A stretch of DNA of 64,000 nucleotides. Origin: Caldisericota bacterium. Its GTDB lineage: Bacteria > Caldisericota > Caldisericia > JAAYUI01. Shown one piece after another: positions 18,741-27,787 of this stretch. The number at the start of each line of letters is the position of its first letter. The stretch's first letter is position 1. The stretch is from NCBI GenBank assembly GCA_029548865.1, contig JAKPMO010000015.1, positions 80,445 through 144,444 of the forward strand. Reading direction: 5' to 3'. Below the pieces are notes generated by a model. That model was not told the origin of the DNA. It saw only the letters and a program-made list of their open reading frames with translations, and searched no databases. A program made the translations under genes and the position numbers.

Positions 18741-20246
18741 ATGAGAAAAATCGAACTTGTAGACCTTACACTAAGAGATGGACAGCAGAGCCTTGTTGCA
18801 ACAAGGATGACAACCGAACAGGCGCTTTCAGCCTTTCCAGATCTGCTTGATGCAGGTTTCAAGGAGCTGGAGCTGTGGGGAGGGGCCACAATCGATGCTC
18901 CACTGAGGTTTCTGAATGAAAATCCATGGGGAAGACTTGACGAATTCTACAGACTGGCCAAAGGAAGAGCAAATATAAGAGCCCTGATAAGGGGCCAAAA
19001 CCTTTTTGCATATTCTCCTTATCCGGACAACCTTGTCATAGCTTTCTGCAAGGCTGCAATAAGATCTGGCGTTTCGACCATGAGAGCATTTGATGCCCTC
19101 AATGACAAACGAAATGTCATGATTTCACTCATCGCTTCAAAAGCGTTTGGTGGAAAAGCTGAATGCTGCATCAGCTATACAACCTCCCCGATACACACCA
19201 CAGAAAAGTTCGTCCAGCTTGCCGCCGACTACGCATCAGAAGGCGCTGACATCATAGCAATCAAAGACATGGCTGGTCTCCTCAATCCCAAGGACGCCGC
19301 AATAATAATACCAGCAATCAAAAAAGAGATTTCCGTTCCATTGACGGTCCACAGCCATTCAACGGTTGGCTATGGCGAAACAACCGCACTGGTTGGTTTG
19401 ATGTTTGGTGCCGACAGGATAGACGTCGCGGTTGGTCCGTTTGCTGGAGGTTCGAGCCATCCACCAGTGGAGCTTGTTGCAGTAATGGCAGAGAGACTCG
19501 GCATTGACCACAGGCTCAACCACGAAGCGATCCAGAGGGCCCAGAAGAAGCTCTTTGAGGTGAGAAAAGCCCTGGCAAAGTTTGATTCCAGTGCCAACAA
19601 TCTCCCGAAGCCAATTCCCAATCCGCTCCCACAGACAGACATAGACAAAATTGACAAAGCAATCGAACTAGTCAGAAAAGGCGATTTCGACGAGGCAAGG
19701 AGAACTATTGTTGACCTGATGACCTCCTATGGCTACCCAAAACCGGACGAGGCCCAGCTTGACGCACAGGTGCCAGGCGGAATGCTCTCGAACCTTCGCA
19801 ACCAGCTCAAGGAAGTTAACCAACTCCAGCTCCTGCCTCAAATTCTCGAGGAAGTTGCCAGAGTAAGGGCGGATTCAGGATACCCTCCGCTTGTCACTCC
19901 AACATCCCAAATTGTCGGCTCCCAGGCAGCTTTCAATGTACAAACAGGTCAGCGTTACAAGATCGTCTCACGGGAATTCAAGGACATGGTTAGGGGAAGG
20001 TATGGCAGACCAGGCCCGATATCTGAAGAATTCCTGAAAATGGTGACCGGAAGCACTGAAAGATATACTCAGCGTTCAGGCCATTATGTGGATGACGTCC
20101 CGCTCACTTCCGAAAATGGCTTCAATCCACCACCATTCATCAATAATCATAGGGATCTTCTGCTTTATTACATGCTCCCAGGGCCTACAAAAGACTTTTT
20201 CGAGAAACAAGACTCAAAAGCAAAATCACCGGAACAGCCTCACTGA
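18741..20246 (+). CDS. Carboxyltransferase 5S-type subunit (oxaloacetate decarboxylase alpha / pyruvate carboxylase subunit B-like), lacking a biotinyl domain
   Basis: LTLRDGQQSL TIM-barrel carboxyltransferase N-terminus, and FDALND. No AMKM biotin attachment motif at the C-terminus. Confidence 0.75.
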   Translation: MRKIELVDLTLRDGQQSLVATRMTTEQALSAFPDLLDAGFKELELWGGATIDAPLRFLNENPWGRLDEFYRLAKGRANIRALIRGQNLFAYSPYPDNLVIAFCKAAIRSGVSTMRAFDALNDKRNVMISLIASKAFGGKAECCISYTTSPIHTTEKFVQLAADYASEGADIIAIKDMAGLLNPKDAAIIIPAIKKEISVPLTVHSHSTVGYGETTALVGLMFGADRIDVAVGPFAGGSSHPPVELVAVMAERLGIDHRLNHEAIQRAQKKLFEVRKALAKFDSSANNLPKPIPNPLPQTDIDKIDKAIELVRKGDFDEARRTIVDLMTSYGYPKPDEAQLDAQVPGGMLSNLRNQLKEVNQLQLLPQILEEVARVRADSGYPPLVTPTSQIVGSQAAFNVQTGQRYKIVSREFKDMVRGRYGRPGPISEEFLKMVTGSTERYTQRSGHYVDDVPLTSENGFNPPPFINNHRDLLLYYMLPGPTKDFFEKQDSKAKSPEQPH

Positions 20247-20254
20247 CCCCGTTT

Positions 20255-21387
20255 CTACTTCAACAAAGTGACCGCTTCCTGGGATTGGATTACAAGCCCT
20301 TTGCAGAGGGCCATTCCAAGTATGGTCCTTTTGCCTTCAATTTTCCTTGCTGGCAGGCCGGTTTTCATATCAAAAACATAGAGCATCGGATCACCGTTTA
20401 ATGCAACAAAGAGGGCGTCTCTTGATGCAACAATGCCCCTCATCTGAAGGGTGTTCGGAACTATGATTCTCGACTCTTCAATTCCCGTCTTCAAACCAAT
20501 TTTTGCGATTTTCGATTTTGACGGCACAAGGACGTAATCGCCATATATACAGGGATTGCAACCTAATATACTCGGCTGGCCATCAAGACTGGTTATGGCA
20601 TAGTGCCATATCTCTTCTCTGCTCCTGGTGTCATAGGCATACATCCTGGCCCTTGAGTTAACAAGTATCGTATAGGCTGATGCCTGTGGTGGATAGTCAG
20701 GGGGACCGTCAAACTCCAGGTGCCACAAAATGCTGCCATCCATAAATGAAAGTGCGAATATATGGGTATAGTCAAACCCTTTTGGGCCACCTGTTACAAA
20801 CAGCTCGCGCTCGCCAAGTGTGACCCATCTGAAAACATAATCCTTTGCAATATCGGTTTTCCACTTAAAAACGCCTGTTTCCTTGTGGATGCAAAAAGCT
20901 GTACCAATATTTGTTACGCCATAGAGCGAATCCTTGTGTTCAAACATCGAGACCACTTCTTCGTCATCAAACTCCATGGTCCAGTTTTCCAGCATTGTTC
21001 TTTTGTAGAAACATTTGAGACTGCTGCCGCTTGTTACAAAAAGGTAATTTTGATCAAGTGCAAGCTCATAGGTAAAAGCTTCATCAAGAAGCACCGGAGC
21101 AATTGCCTGCTTTCCGCTGTGTTCATCCAGAACAACAACTCCCGGACCATTTTCGGTCGTTGTGACAATGTATATACCTTCGCCATCAGATACTGGTGAC
21201 GTGAGCGCGAGGGTTTCATAACCGATGTCCCATACCAGAGCAACGTTATTACTGGTGCCCTCGTTGGCCGAATACCACCTTTGGGGTATACCACCCTTTG
21301 TGCCCCAGACAGTAATTCCCCCGCAACCAGAAACCAGCACAAGTAAAACGGTGATTTGTGCAAAAATCAGAAACTTTTTGATCATTG
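20255..21387 (-). CDS. PQQ-like beta-propeller lipoprotein
   Basis: The likely true start is MIKKFLIFAQITVLLVLVSGCGG (ATG at 21387). The ORF track extends it to 21484. Confidence 0.55.
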
Positions 21388-21616
21388 GCCCTAATAATAG
21401 AAAATTATACTCTCTGGTAAAGAACAATTTGGTTTTGTGCAGTGTGTGGAAAACCCTGTGGACAAATTCATGCCATTTTGCCAAGTGTCTTTGGTTTTAT
21501 GAGACAATTGTCGGTTTCTGTCAATTTAACAATCAAAGGAAAAATAATCTGCAAGAAGAATCATTGCAAAAAAAGTTATCAACATGTGGAAATCTATGTG
21601 GATATCAAAAATGTGA

Positions 21617-23383
21617 TCAGGGTAATCTTGTGTTCTCTTCAGGCATCCAGATGTTTAGCAATGCCGGTTTTGGGTTGACAGCAATCGCACAATTGAGTCC
21701 AAAAACTTCTCCCAGGACGACTACCTTGTCACTCCCTGAAACTGATCTTTGTATTATTGAGCGCGGTTCAAAATATTTCTCCCAAAAACTGCCGTTTCCT
21801 ATCGATGAAAACTTTGTGACTCTCATTGAAGCTATATCCCACAACAGCGAGAGTTTTCCAGAATTTGACACGGCCAGAATGTTGTCTGTGATTGGCACAA
21901 GAACACCAAAACTCTGGCAGGCTGCGCTTTCAACCTGCCCGGCCACGCAAGAGATTTTGCTCATAAGTCCGCCGGAAAGCACCATCAAGTACGTTGAATC
22001 CTGGGTGAATGAGAACTCTGGATTTTTTGCCTGCACTGTCTTGATTATTGAACCTTGCTTGAGATCGAAGAGTTTTACTTGTCCTGGCTGATAGCAGGCC
22101 ATGTACTTTTCGTCCCAAGACACAATGATGTCGTTCTTGTCTATGTTCTGACCAATATTTATTTTCTTGCTTGGGTTGTCCCTGTCTACAAAAGAGCCTC
22201 CAACAACTATGTATCTTGGGTTCATATCAAGAGTGCCGGGCCGCCTTGTTTTTTCGTTTATGAGGGACGGATAGCTTATGCTTGAAAGGTCCTGGCCTAT
22301 GATGTCCATTGAAGAGTAACCTGGAAAAGTCAAAATCACGTCGTTTGTTAGTATTGATCCGGATTCATCCATTGGCAACGAGGAAACAGTTGCGCCATAT
22401 GTTGGGTGATTGGAGAACACAAGCCCATATGGTGGCATCTTTTCATTGCCGGTCAAATATATGCCGATTGTGTTTGCGCTTGCAACCAGCGGTGTGGAAC
22501 CAAGAAAAAGTGGTGGTATGGCTTTGTTTATTGTCTCCCCATTTGGGATGCAGATATAGATTTTTGCACCAGGTGCAGAGTCGTTGTCCACCTGTGAATC
22601 AAACGATATGTCCTTGGATTCAAAAGAATAATTTATTTGAGAATCGTCGGTTATGACGACCTCTCTCTTTATCATTCTGTGGCCTTCCATGGCCAGTCTG
22701 ATCTTTTTTGTTCCTGTTTCAATCTGGCCTTCCCATGGGGTCTTTCCATAATGCTCTTCGTCGATGTACAGTTCTGCGCCCTGTGGCTCGGAGCCAATCT
22801 TGAGGTTTACCCTCTTCTTCTGGAGGTCAAAATATACGCTCGGATCAGTGTCGAAATCAACTTCTTGCTCTTTTGTTGCAAACCCTGGCAAAACAGCTTT
22901 TATCACATGCTTCCCCTTAAACTCTTCCTTTAGTTGCAAGGGAGTTAGGCCAAGAAACTCATTATCAATATATATTCTCGCCTGATCCGGATATGAGAGA
23001 ATAGTTGTTCCTCCAGTGGATTTGGCAAGCTTATAGTTTATGGTCTGGTTGTTTTCATTAATTGTGGCTACAGACTTCAGTGGTGCATAACCGGCCAGCG
23101 AGAGCTCGATTTCTACATCGCCTTTTTTTAGTCTGGTTATCAGTGGTGTTGTGCCCTTTGAAATGCCATCCAGTATAACCTCAGCACCTTTTGGTTCTGA
23201 GGTTATCTTGACCTTCAGAATATCACTCTTTGGGATGTTGAGTGCCACCAGGAGAAAAATGCCAACGATGATTACAGATGCGAGTGCTATCGTAAAATAC
23301 CTGAACTTGGAGTTTTTTGAAGAGAACCTTTGGATGCCCTTTATTTTCTCGCCATCCGATATCAGTGTTGGTCTATCATTCAT
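21617..23383 (-). CDS. PEGA-domain membrane protein
   Basis: N-terminal TM helix, then three PEGA-type repeats (VKITSEPKGAEVILDG, ARIYIDNEFLG, LKIGSEPQGAELYIDEEHYG), then a beta-rich C-terminal region. Confidence 0.6.
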   Translation of the reverse strand: MNDRPTLISDGEKIKGIQRFSSKNSKFRYFTIALASVIIVGIFLLVALNIPKSDILKVKITSEPKGAEVILDGISKGTTPLITRLKKGDVEIELSLAGYAPLKSVATINENNQTINYKLAKSTGGTTILSYPDQARIYIDNEFLGLTPLQLKEEFKGKHVIKAVLPGFATKEQEVDFDTDPSVYFDLQKKRVNLKIGSEPQGAELYIDEEHYGKTPWEGQIETGTKKIRLAMEGHRMIKREVVITDDSQINYSFESKDISFDSQVDNDSAPGAKIYICIPNGETINKAIPPLFLGSTPLVASANTIGIYLTGNEKMPPYGLVFSNHPTYGATVSSLPMDESGSILTNDVILTFPGYSSMDIIGQDLSSISYPSLINEKTRRPGTLDMNPRYIVVGGSFVDRDNPSKKINIGQNIDKNDIIVSWDEKYMACYQPGQVKLFDLKQGSIIKTVQAKNPEFSFTQDSTYLMVLSGGLMSKISCVAGQVESAACQSFGVLVPITDNILAVSNSGKLSLLWDIASMRVTKFSSIGNGSFWEKYFEPRSIIQRSVSGSDKVVVLGEVFGLNCAIAVNPKPALLNIWMPEENTRLP

Positions 23384-24213
23384 TTTGCAATGACCTCACA
23401 TATTCTTTCCAGGTCTTCCCTACCATAATACTCAATCTCTATCTTGTCTTTTAAGACCCTTACCTTGGTCCCCAAGGTTTCCCTGAGTGCAGTTTCTGCA
23501 AGGACTGCTTCATGGGTTTTCTCTTCCTCCCGCGGCTGGGGTTTCTTTGCCGGGGTTTCTTCCTGTATTTTCTTTACAGCCTTTTCTGTTTCCCTTACAG
23601 ACATCTGGCCAGTAACGATCCTTTGCATCATGCCCAGCATGAGCCCATCATTTTTGAGGGAGAGGAGCGTTCTTCCATGGCCCTCTGATATTGTTCCCTT
23701 GAGTATTGCGTCCTGGACGATATCGGGAAGATCGAGGAGCCTCAAAAGATTTGCAACGTAAGGTCTGCTCTTCTTGATGCCGTCTGCGATCGACTCCTGT
23801 GTGTAGCCAAATTCCTCGCGGAGCCTCTTCATGGCCCTGGCTATATCGATCGGATTGAGATCCTCCCTCTGGATGTTTTCCACAAGGGCAAACTCTGCCG
23901 CATCGATGTCCGATATCTCCCTTATGACAACGGGGATTTTCTCAAAACCCGCCAGTCTTGCAGCCCTAAGCCTTCTTTCACCTGCAATGAGCTCAAAGCC
24001 GTTCCTGATCCTTCTGACGACAATAGGCTGGATTACGCCAGATTTCTTTATCGACTGCGCCAGCTCCTGCAGTGCCGCTTCGTCAAGCGCGGTTCTTGGC
24101 TGGTATGGTGAATAAGTTATTGCGTCAGTTGAGAGCTCTACAACACCGCTTGAAACCTCTTCGCTCGGGAGCAAGGCCCCGAGACCTTTTCCCAGTCCAA
24201 ACTTACCTGCCAC
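23380..24213 (-). CDS. parB: Chromosome partitioning protein ParB/Spo0J
   Basis: GLGKGLGALL and GERRLRAARLAG ParB motifs. The ORF track extends to 24321, overlapping parA by 119 nt. A GTG at 24213..24211 preceded by AGGAGG (24226-24221) gives the canonical MxxKxGLGKGL start. Confidence 0.75.
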   Translation of the reverse strand: MAGKFGLGKGLGALLPSEEVSSGVVELSTDAITYSPYQPRTALDEAALQELAQSIKKSGVIQPIVVRRIRNGFELIAGERRLRAARLAGFEKIPVVIREISDIDAAEFALVENIQREDLNPIDIARAMKRLREEFGYTQESIADGIKKSRPYVANLLRLLDLPDIVQDAILKGTISEGHGRTLLSLKNDGLMLGMMQRIVTGQMSVRETEKAVKKIQEETPAKKPQPREEEKTHEAVLAETALRETLGTKVRVLKDKIEIEYYGREDLERICEVIAK

Positions 24214-24967
24214 CTTTGAGCACCTCCTCGGCCAGTTGTTCATATGATGATGCCCCTTTTGAGGTAGGGTCATAGACTGAGATTGGCTGGCCATAGGAAG
24301 GGGCTTCGGATACTCTGACATTCCTTGGGATTACTGACTGGAAAAGCTGGTCACCGAAATATTTTTTTACTTCAGAGGCGACCTGCCTGGAGAGGGTTGT
24401 CCTCTCGTCGTACATGGTGAGGAGAACCCCGAATATTGAAAGCGTGGGGTTAAGTGTCCTGTGGATAAGGTTTACGGTTGAAAGGAGCTGGGACAACCCT
24501 TCCAGCGCGTAATATTCGGTCTGTATTGGGATAAGCACCTGGTCCGATGCAACAAGGGCATTTATTGTCAAAAGTCCAAGTGATGGTGGGCAATCAATGA
24601 GAGTGAACTCAAATTTTTCCTTTGCGGTCTTCAAGCCCTCTTTTAGTCTGTGTTCTCTCTGCTCCAGGTCGACAAGCTCCACTTCTGCGCCAGCCAGATC
24701 GACCTTTGAAGGGACTATATAAAGATTTTGGTACTGGGTCTGGATTGTTATTTCATCGAGTGTGCCATGGCCTATCAAAAGATCATAAGTGGACTTTTTA
24801 ACATCCATCCGGTCAACACCAACACCGGTTGTTGCGTTGCCTTGGGGATCAATATCGCAAATAAGGCACTTTACGCCCCTTTTTGCAAGAGCATAGCCGA
24901 GGTTTACGGCGGTAGTTGTTTTTCCAACTCCGCCCTTCTGGTTTGAAAGCGCAAGGATCTTGCCCAT
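24203..24967 (-). CDS. parA: Chromosome partitioning ATPase ParA/Soj
   Basis: The deviant Walker A motif (KGGVGKTT) is present. Confidence 0.9.
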   Translation of the reverse strand: MGKILALSNQKGGVGKTTTAVNLGYALAKRGVKCLICDIDPQGNATTGVGVDRMDVKKSTYDLLIGHGTLDEITIQTQYQNLYIVPSKVDLAGAEVELVDLEQREHRLKEGLKTAKEKFEFTLIDCPPSLGLLTINALVASDQVLIPIQTEYYALEGLSQLLSTVNLIHRTLNPTLSIFGVLLTMYDERTTLSRQVASEVKKYFGDQLFQSVIPRNVRVSEAPSYGQPISVYDPTSKGASSYEQLAEEVLKGGR

Positions 24968-24981
24968 TTTTCACCTTTTTT

Positions 24982-25327
24982 TGGTGGAGGTGACGGGATT
25001 CGAACCCGTGTCCAACTTGCCTTTCGAAAGACAGGGATTACAAGCTTTGCAAGCCGTTTACCCTCTTAGCCTATGGCTTGCCCTTTGGCAGAGGGTTGCC
25101 CAGATTGTACCATGGGCCATCCGCCCGGGCGGCAGATGACTTGGGGGCACTTGTGCGTCGGCTTCCGGTTACCAGCGCCACTCTCACCGGTTGCCGTGTC
25201 GCCTAATTAGGCGGCGAGTGCGTAATTATTTGTGGCAGTTATGCCGTGGTCCATTTTTTACGAGGCCCTGGACCAACCTCGGCTTGCCTGTTCCTTCAAT
25301 TGTCAAGTGTCGAGACCTTTCACCCCC
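24982..25327 (-). ncRNA. ssrA: tmRNA (ssrA), tag peptide ATNNYALAA
   Basis: The reverse complement begins GGGGGUGAAAGGUCUCGACA... and ends ...CACGGGUUCGAAUCCCGUCACCUCCACCA, a tRNA-Ala-like acceptor/T arm. It contains the resume ORF GCC ACA AAU AAU UAC GCA CUC GCC GCC UAA. Confidence 0.8.
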
Positions 25328-25374
25328 ATGATGTTATTATTGGCTTTTGCACAAAAAAGTTCATTCATGCTATT

Positions 25375-25786
25375 GTGAAACGCCGTGAAACATTTTATAC
25401 CAGTAATGTTCATAATGTCAAGGAGGCTTGGTTTTTTCAAATTCTTATCAACATATCCACAAAATGTGTGAAACATTGTGAAACATTTTTCATCCGGTCT
25501 CCAAATGGATGTCCGCATAAAGTTTTTCTCCACGTGCCCCAAAACAACCTAGTAAACTGTTCACAATTTTATCCAGAATCATGCAAATACTTTTAGGTTG
25601 CCTGGCAGCTTGTTTTGAGTAATGGTCAAAAATACTCTCCTAAAAAGGCGTGAAACACTGTGAAACATTTTGACTGACTTTGATGATATTGGCGTGAAAT
25701 TCTTTCTAATACATATTTTTTTAAAAATTATGGATTTAGTCCGTGAAACACCGTGAAACATTAACTGCCGGCAAACCGGTGTTTCA
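25375..25786. promoter_or_regulatory. Array of four tandem-doublet GTGAAACA repeats plus a terminal inverted copy, in an AT-rich 490-bp intergenic region
   Basis: Doublets of the form GTGAAACAyyGTGAAACATT at 25375-25396, 25466-25490, 25648-25672 and 25741-25766. A half copy at 25691-25700. An inverted TGTTTCA at 25780-25786 follows a CCGG-caaa-CCGG palindrome. Confidence 0.4.
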
Positions 25787-25820
25787 TTGACAAAACCAAT
25801 CTAATCCCTAAACCTTTTCG

Positions 25821-27392
25821 TTGGAGGTAACCTTGAGAAACATCAATCTTGGTGAAAATCTTGATTTCAGGTCTTTCCTTGACCTGTCACACGGACACGC
25901 AAAATCAGCAATTGGCAAGGAATCCATGGAAAAGATGTCCGATTGCAGAAAAATGGTTGATAAGGTTACCAGGGGAGACGCGGCAGTTTACGGCCTCAAT
26001 ACCGGTTTTGGGAGTCTTGCAAGGGTAAAAATTCCATCAGGCGACCTGGAGAAACTCCAGGAGAACCTCATTCGCTCCCATTCATGCGCGGTGGGCGAGC
26101 CACTTCCGATGGACGTTGTCAGGGGCGCAATGATCCTGAGGGCAAACACGCTTTGCCTCGGGCATTCCGGCATAAGGCCAGAGGTTGTCGAGCTGCTCGT
26201 GCAGATGGTCAATAAGGAGATCATACCCAAAGTCCCGCTTTATGGCTCGGTTGGTGCCTCTGGCGACCTCGCACTTCTCTCCACCATTGCTTGTTGCCTC
26301 ATCGACAACAGCGACCCGGAATTCATGGTCTTCTGCCATGAAAATGGCTCCTGGACAGAAAAACATTCCAGGAAAGCCCTTGATGATGCCGGACTAAAAC
26401 CAGTCAAACTTACATCAAAGGAAGGTCTGGCACTCAACAATGGCTGCCAGGTTTCTACATCGCTTGGCTTGCTTGCCATAGAGAGGGGTATACTCTCGCT
26501 TCAGGCATGGGACATAGCCCTTGCCACATCAGCCCAGGCCTTGCTTGCAAAATCAAGCCCTTTTGACGAGCGTGTCTCGATTGCAAGGCCCCACAAGGGG
26601 CACAAGAAGCAGGCCGAAATCATAAGAAATCTACTCAAGGATTCGGCTCTCATTGACTTTGACAAAGAAAAAGTGCAGGACGCATATTCAGTAAGGTGTG
26701 CTCCACAGGTTGGTGGCGCTGTAAGGGACGCAATTGCTTTTGCACTTGAACAGCTCTCGATAGAGATGAACTCGGTGACCGACAATCCGCTCATCTATGG
26801 TGATGTGCTCTCCGGTGGAAACTTCCACGGAGCACCGGTTGCCCAGGCCTGCGATCTCCTTTGCATGTCGTTTACGGACCTTGGTTCGATGTCCGAAAGG
26901 CGCACGTTCAGACTCATCAATTCTCATTTATCAGGCCTTCCATCATTCCTCACCGACAACCCTGGCCTTTCATCAGGCTTCATGATTCCACAATACACCG
27001 CAGCTTCGCTTGTTTCTGCATGCAAAGCACTTTCACATCCAGCTTGTGTCGATTCCATTCCCACCTGCGAGGACCAGGAGGATCATGTTTCCATGGCCCC
27101 GATTTCCGCCTGGAAACTGTGGAAGATTGTGGACAACCTGTCATGGATTGTGAGCATTGAATTGCTTACAGCCTTCCAGGCCCTTGAAATGAGGCTTTCC
27201 TCGCTTGGATTGTCCATTAATGATATTTCATATCCAACAAGGACCATTCTTGGTAAAGTAAGGCAGAAAGTTCCATATATACAGGCTGATCAGCCACTGT
27301 CATCAAAAATTGGCCTCATGCGTGACATGGTTTTAGATAAAACACTCATCAATCCAATATCTGATATTTGGAGCAGCGATGTTGTGGATTAA
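25821..27392 (+). CDS. hutH: Histidine ammonia-lyase family enzyme (HAL/PAL, MIO cofactor)
   Basis: MIO-forming Ala-Ser-Gly within SVGASGDLALLS, and overall HAL length. TTG start. No hutU or hutI adjacent. Confidence 0.8.
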   Translation: MEVTLRNINLGENLDFRSFLDLSHGHAKSAIGKESMEKMSDCRKMVDKVTRGDAAVYGLNTGFGSLARVKIPSGDLEKLQENLIRSHSCAVGEPLPMDVVRGAMILRANTLCLGHSGIRPEVVELLVQMVNKEIIPKVPLYGSVGASGDLALLSTIACCLIDNSDPEFMVFCHENGSWTEKHSRKALDDAGLKPVKLTSKEGLALNNGCQVSTSLGLLAIERGILSLQAWDIALATSAQALLAKSSPFDERVSIARPHKGHKKQAEIIRNLLKDSALIDFDKEKVQDAYSVRCAPQVGGAVRDAIAFALEQLSIEMNSVTDNPLIYGDVLSGGNFHGAPVAQACDLLCMSFTDLGSMSERRTFRLINSHLSGLPSFLTDNPGLSSGFMIPQYTAASLVSACKALSHPACVDSIPTCEDQEDHVSMAPISAWKLWKIVDNLSWIVSIELLTAFQALEMRLSSLGLSINDISYPTRTILGKVRQKVPYIQADQPLSSKIGLMRDMVLDKTLINPISDIWSSDVVD

Positions 27393-27787
27393 TTTTGTGG
27401 ATATGTGGAAACTTTACCGAAACCTTGGATGCAAGATTCTTTCGATTATGTAAATAAGTGTTAAACAATCATAAGTGAAATTTTGCCATATATTTACAAA
27501 TTACATAGGTTGTTTTTTGATTTCAAATGTTTGATATTTACTGCTGAAACCTATTTTTTTGTCGATTTACTTCAAATTTCCAGATGAAAATGGCAAAACT
27601 AAATTTTCCCCCACATCGCATAGAAATCAGTTTTTAAATCAGTGTTTCGAACCATATAACATTTTTAACATTTATCCACTTATTTTCCAAAGCATGTTCC
27701 GACAATAGTTCTTGCCGGTTTAAAAAATAACCGGTGTTATAAATTATCTGGAACAAACTGGAGAGCCATCAGGGTTGTTTAAAGCTC
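27393..27787. promoter_or_regulatory. AT-rich 395-bp non-coding gap between convergent genes; candidate oriC segment or sRNA locus
   Basis: No ORF. Cluster of DnaA-box-like 9-mers: TGTGGATTA (27384-27392), TGTGGATAT (27398-27406), TGTGGAAAC (27407-27415), and an inverted TTATCCACT (27672-27680). Homopolymer A/T tracts. Confidence 0.3.

Noticed and set aside
24982-25330. tmRNA as a phage or integrative-element attachment site
   Set aside because: No integrase, excisionase or duplicated tmRNA 3' fragment is visible within the window. Flanking genes are housekeeping (parA, hutH).
25246-25761. ORFs 25246..25596 +, 25303..25542 - and 25579..25761 - in the tmRNA-hutH spacer
   Set aside because: They overlap the tmRNA 5' region or consist largely of the GTGAAACA repeat array (translating to repeated VKHCETF-like strings). 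This is repeat-derived, not coding.
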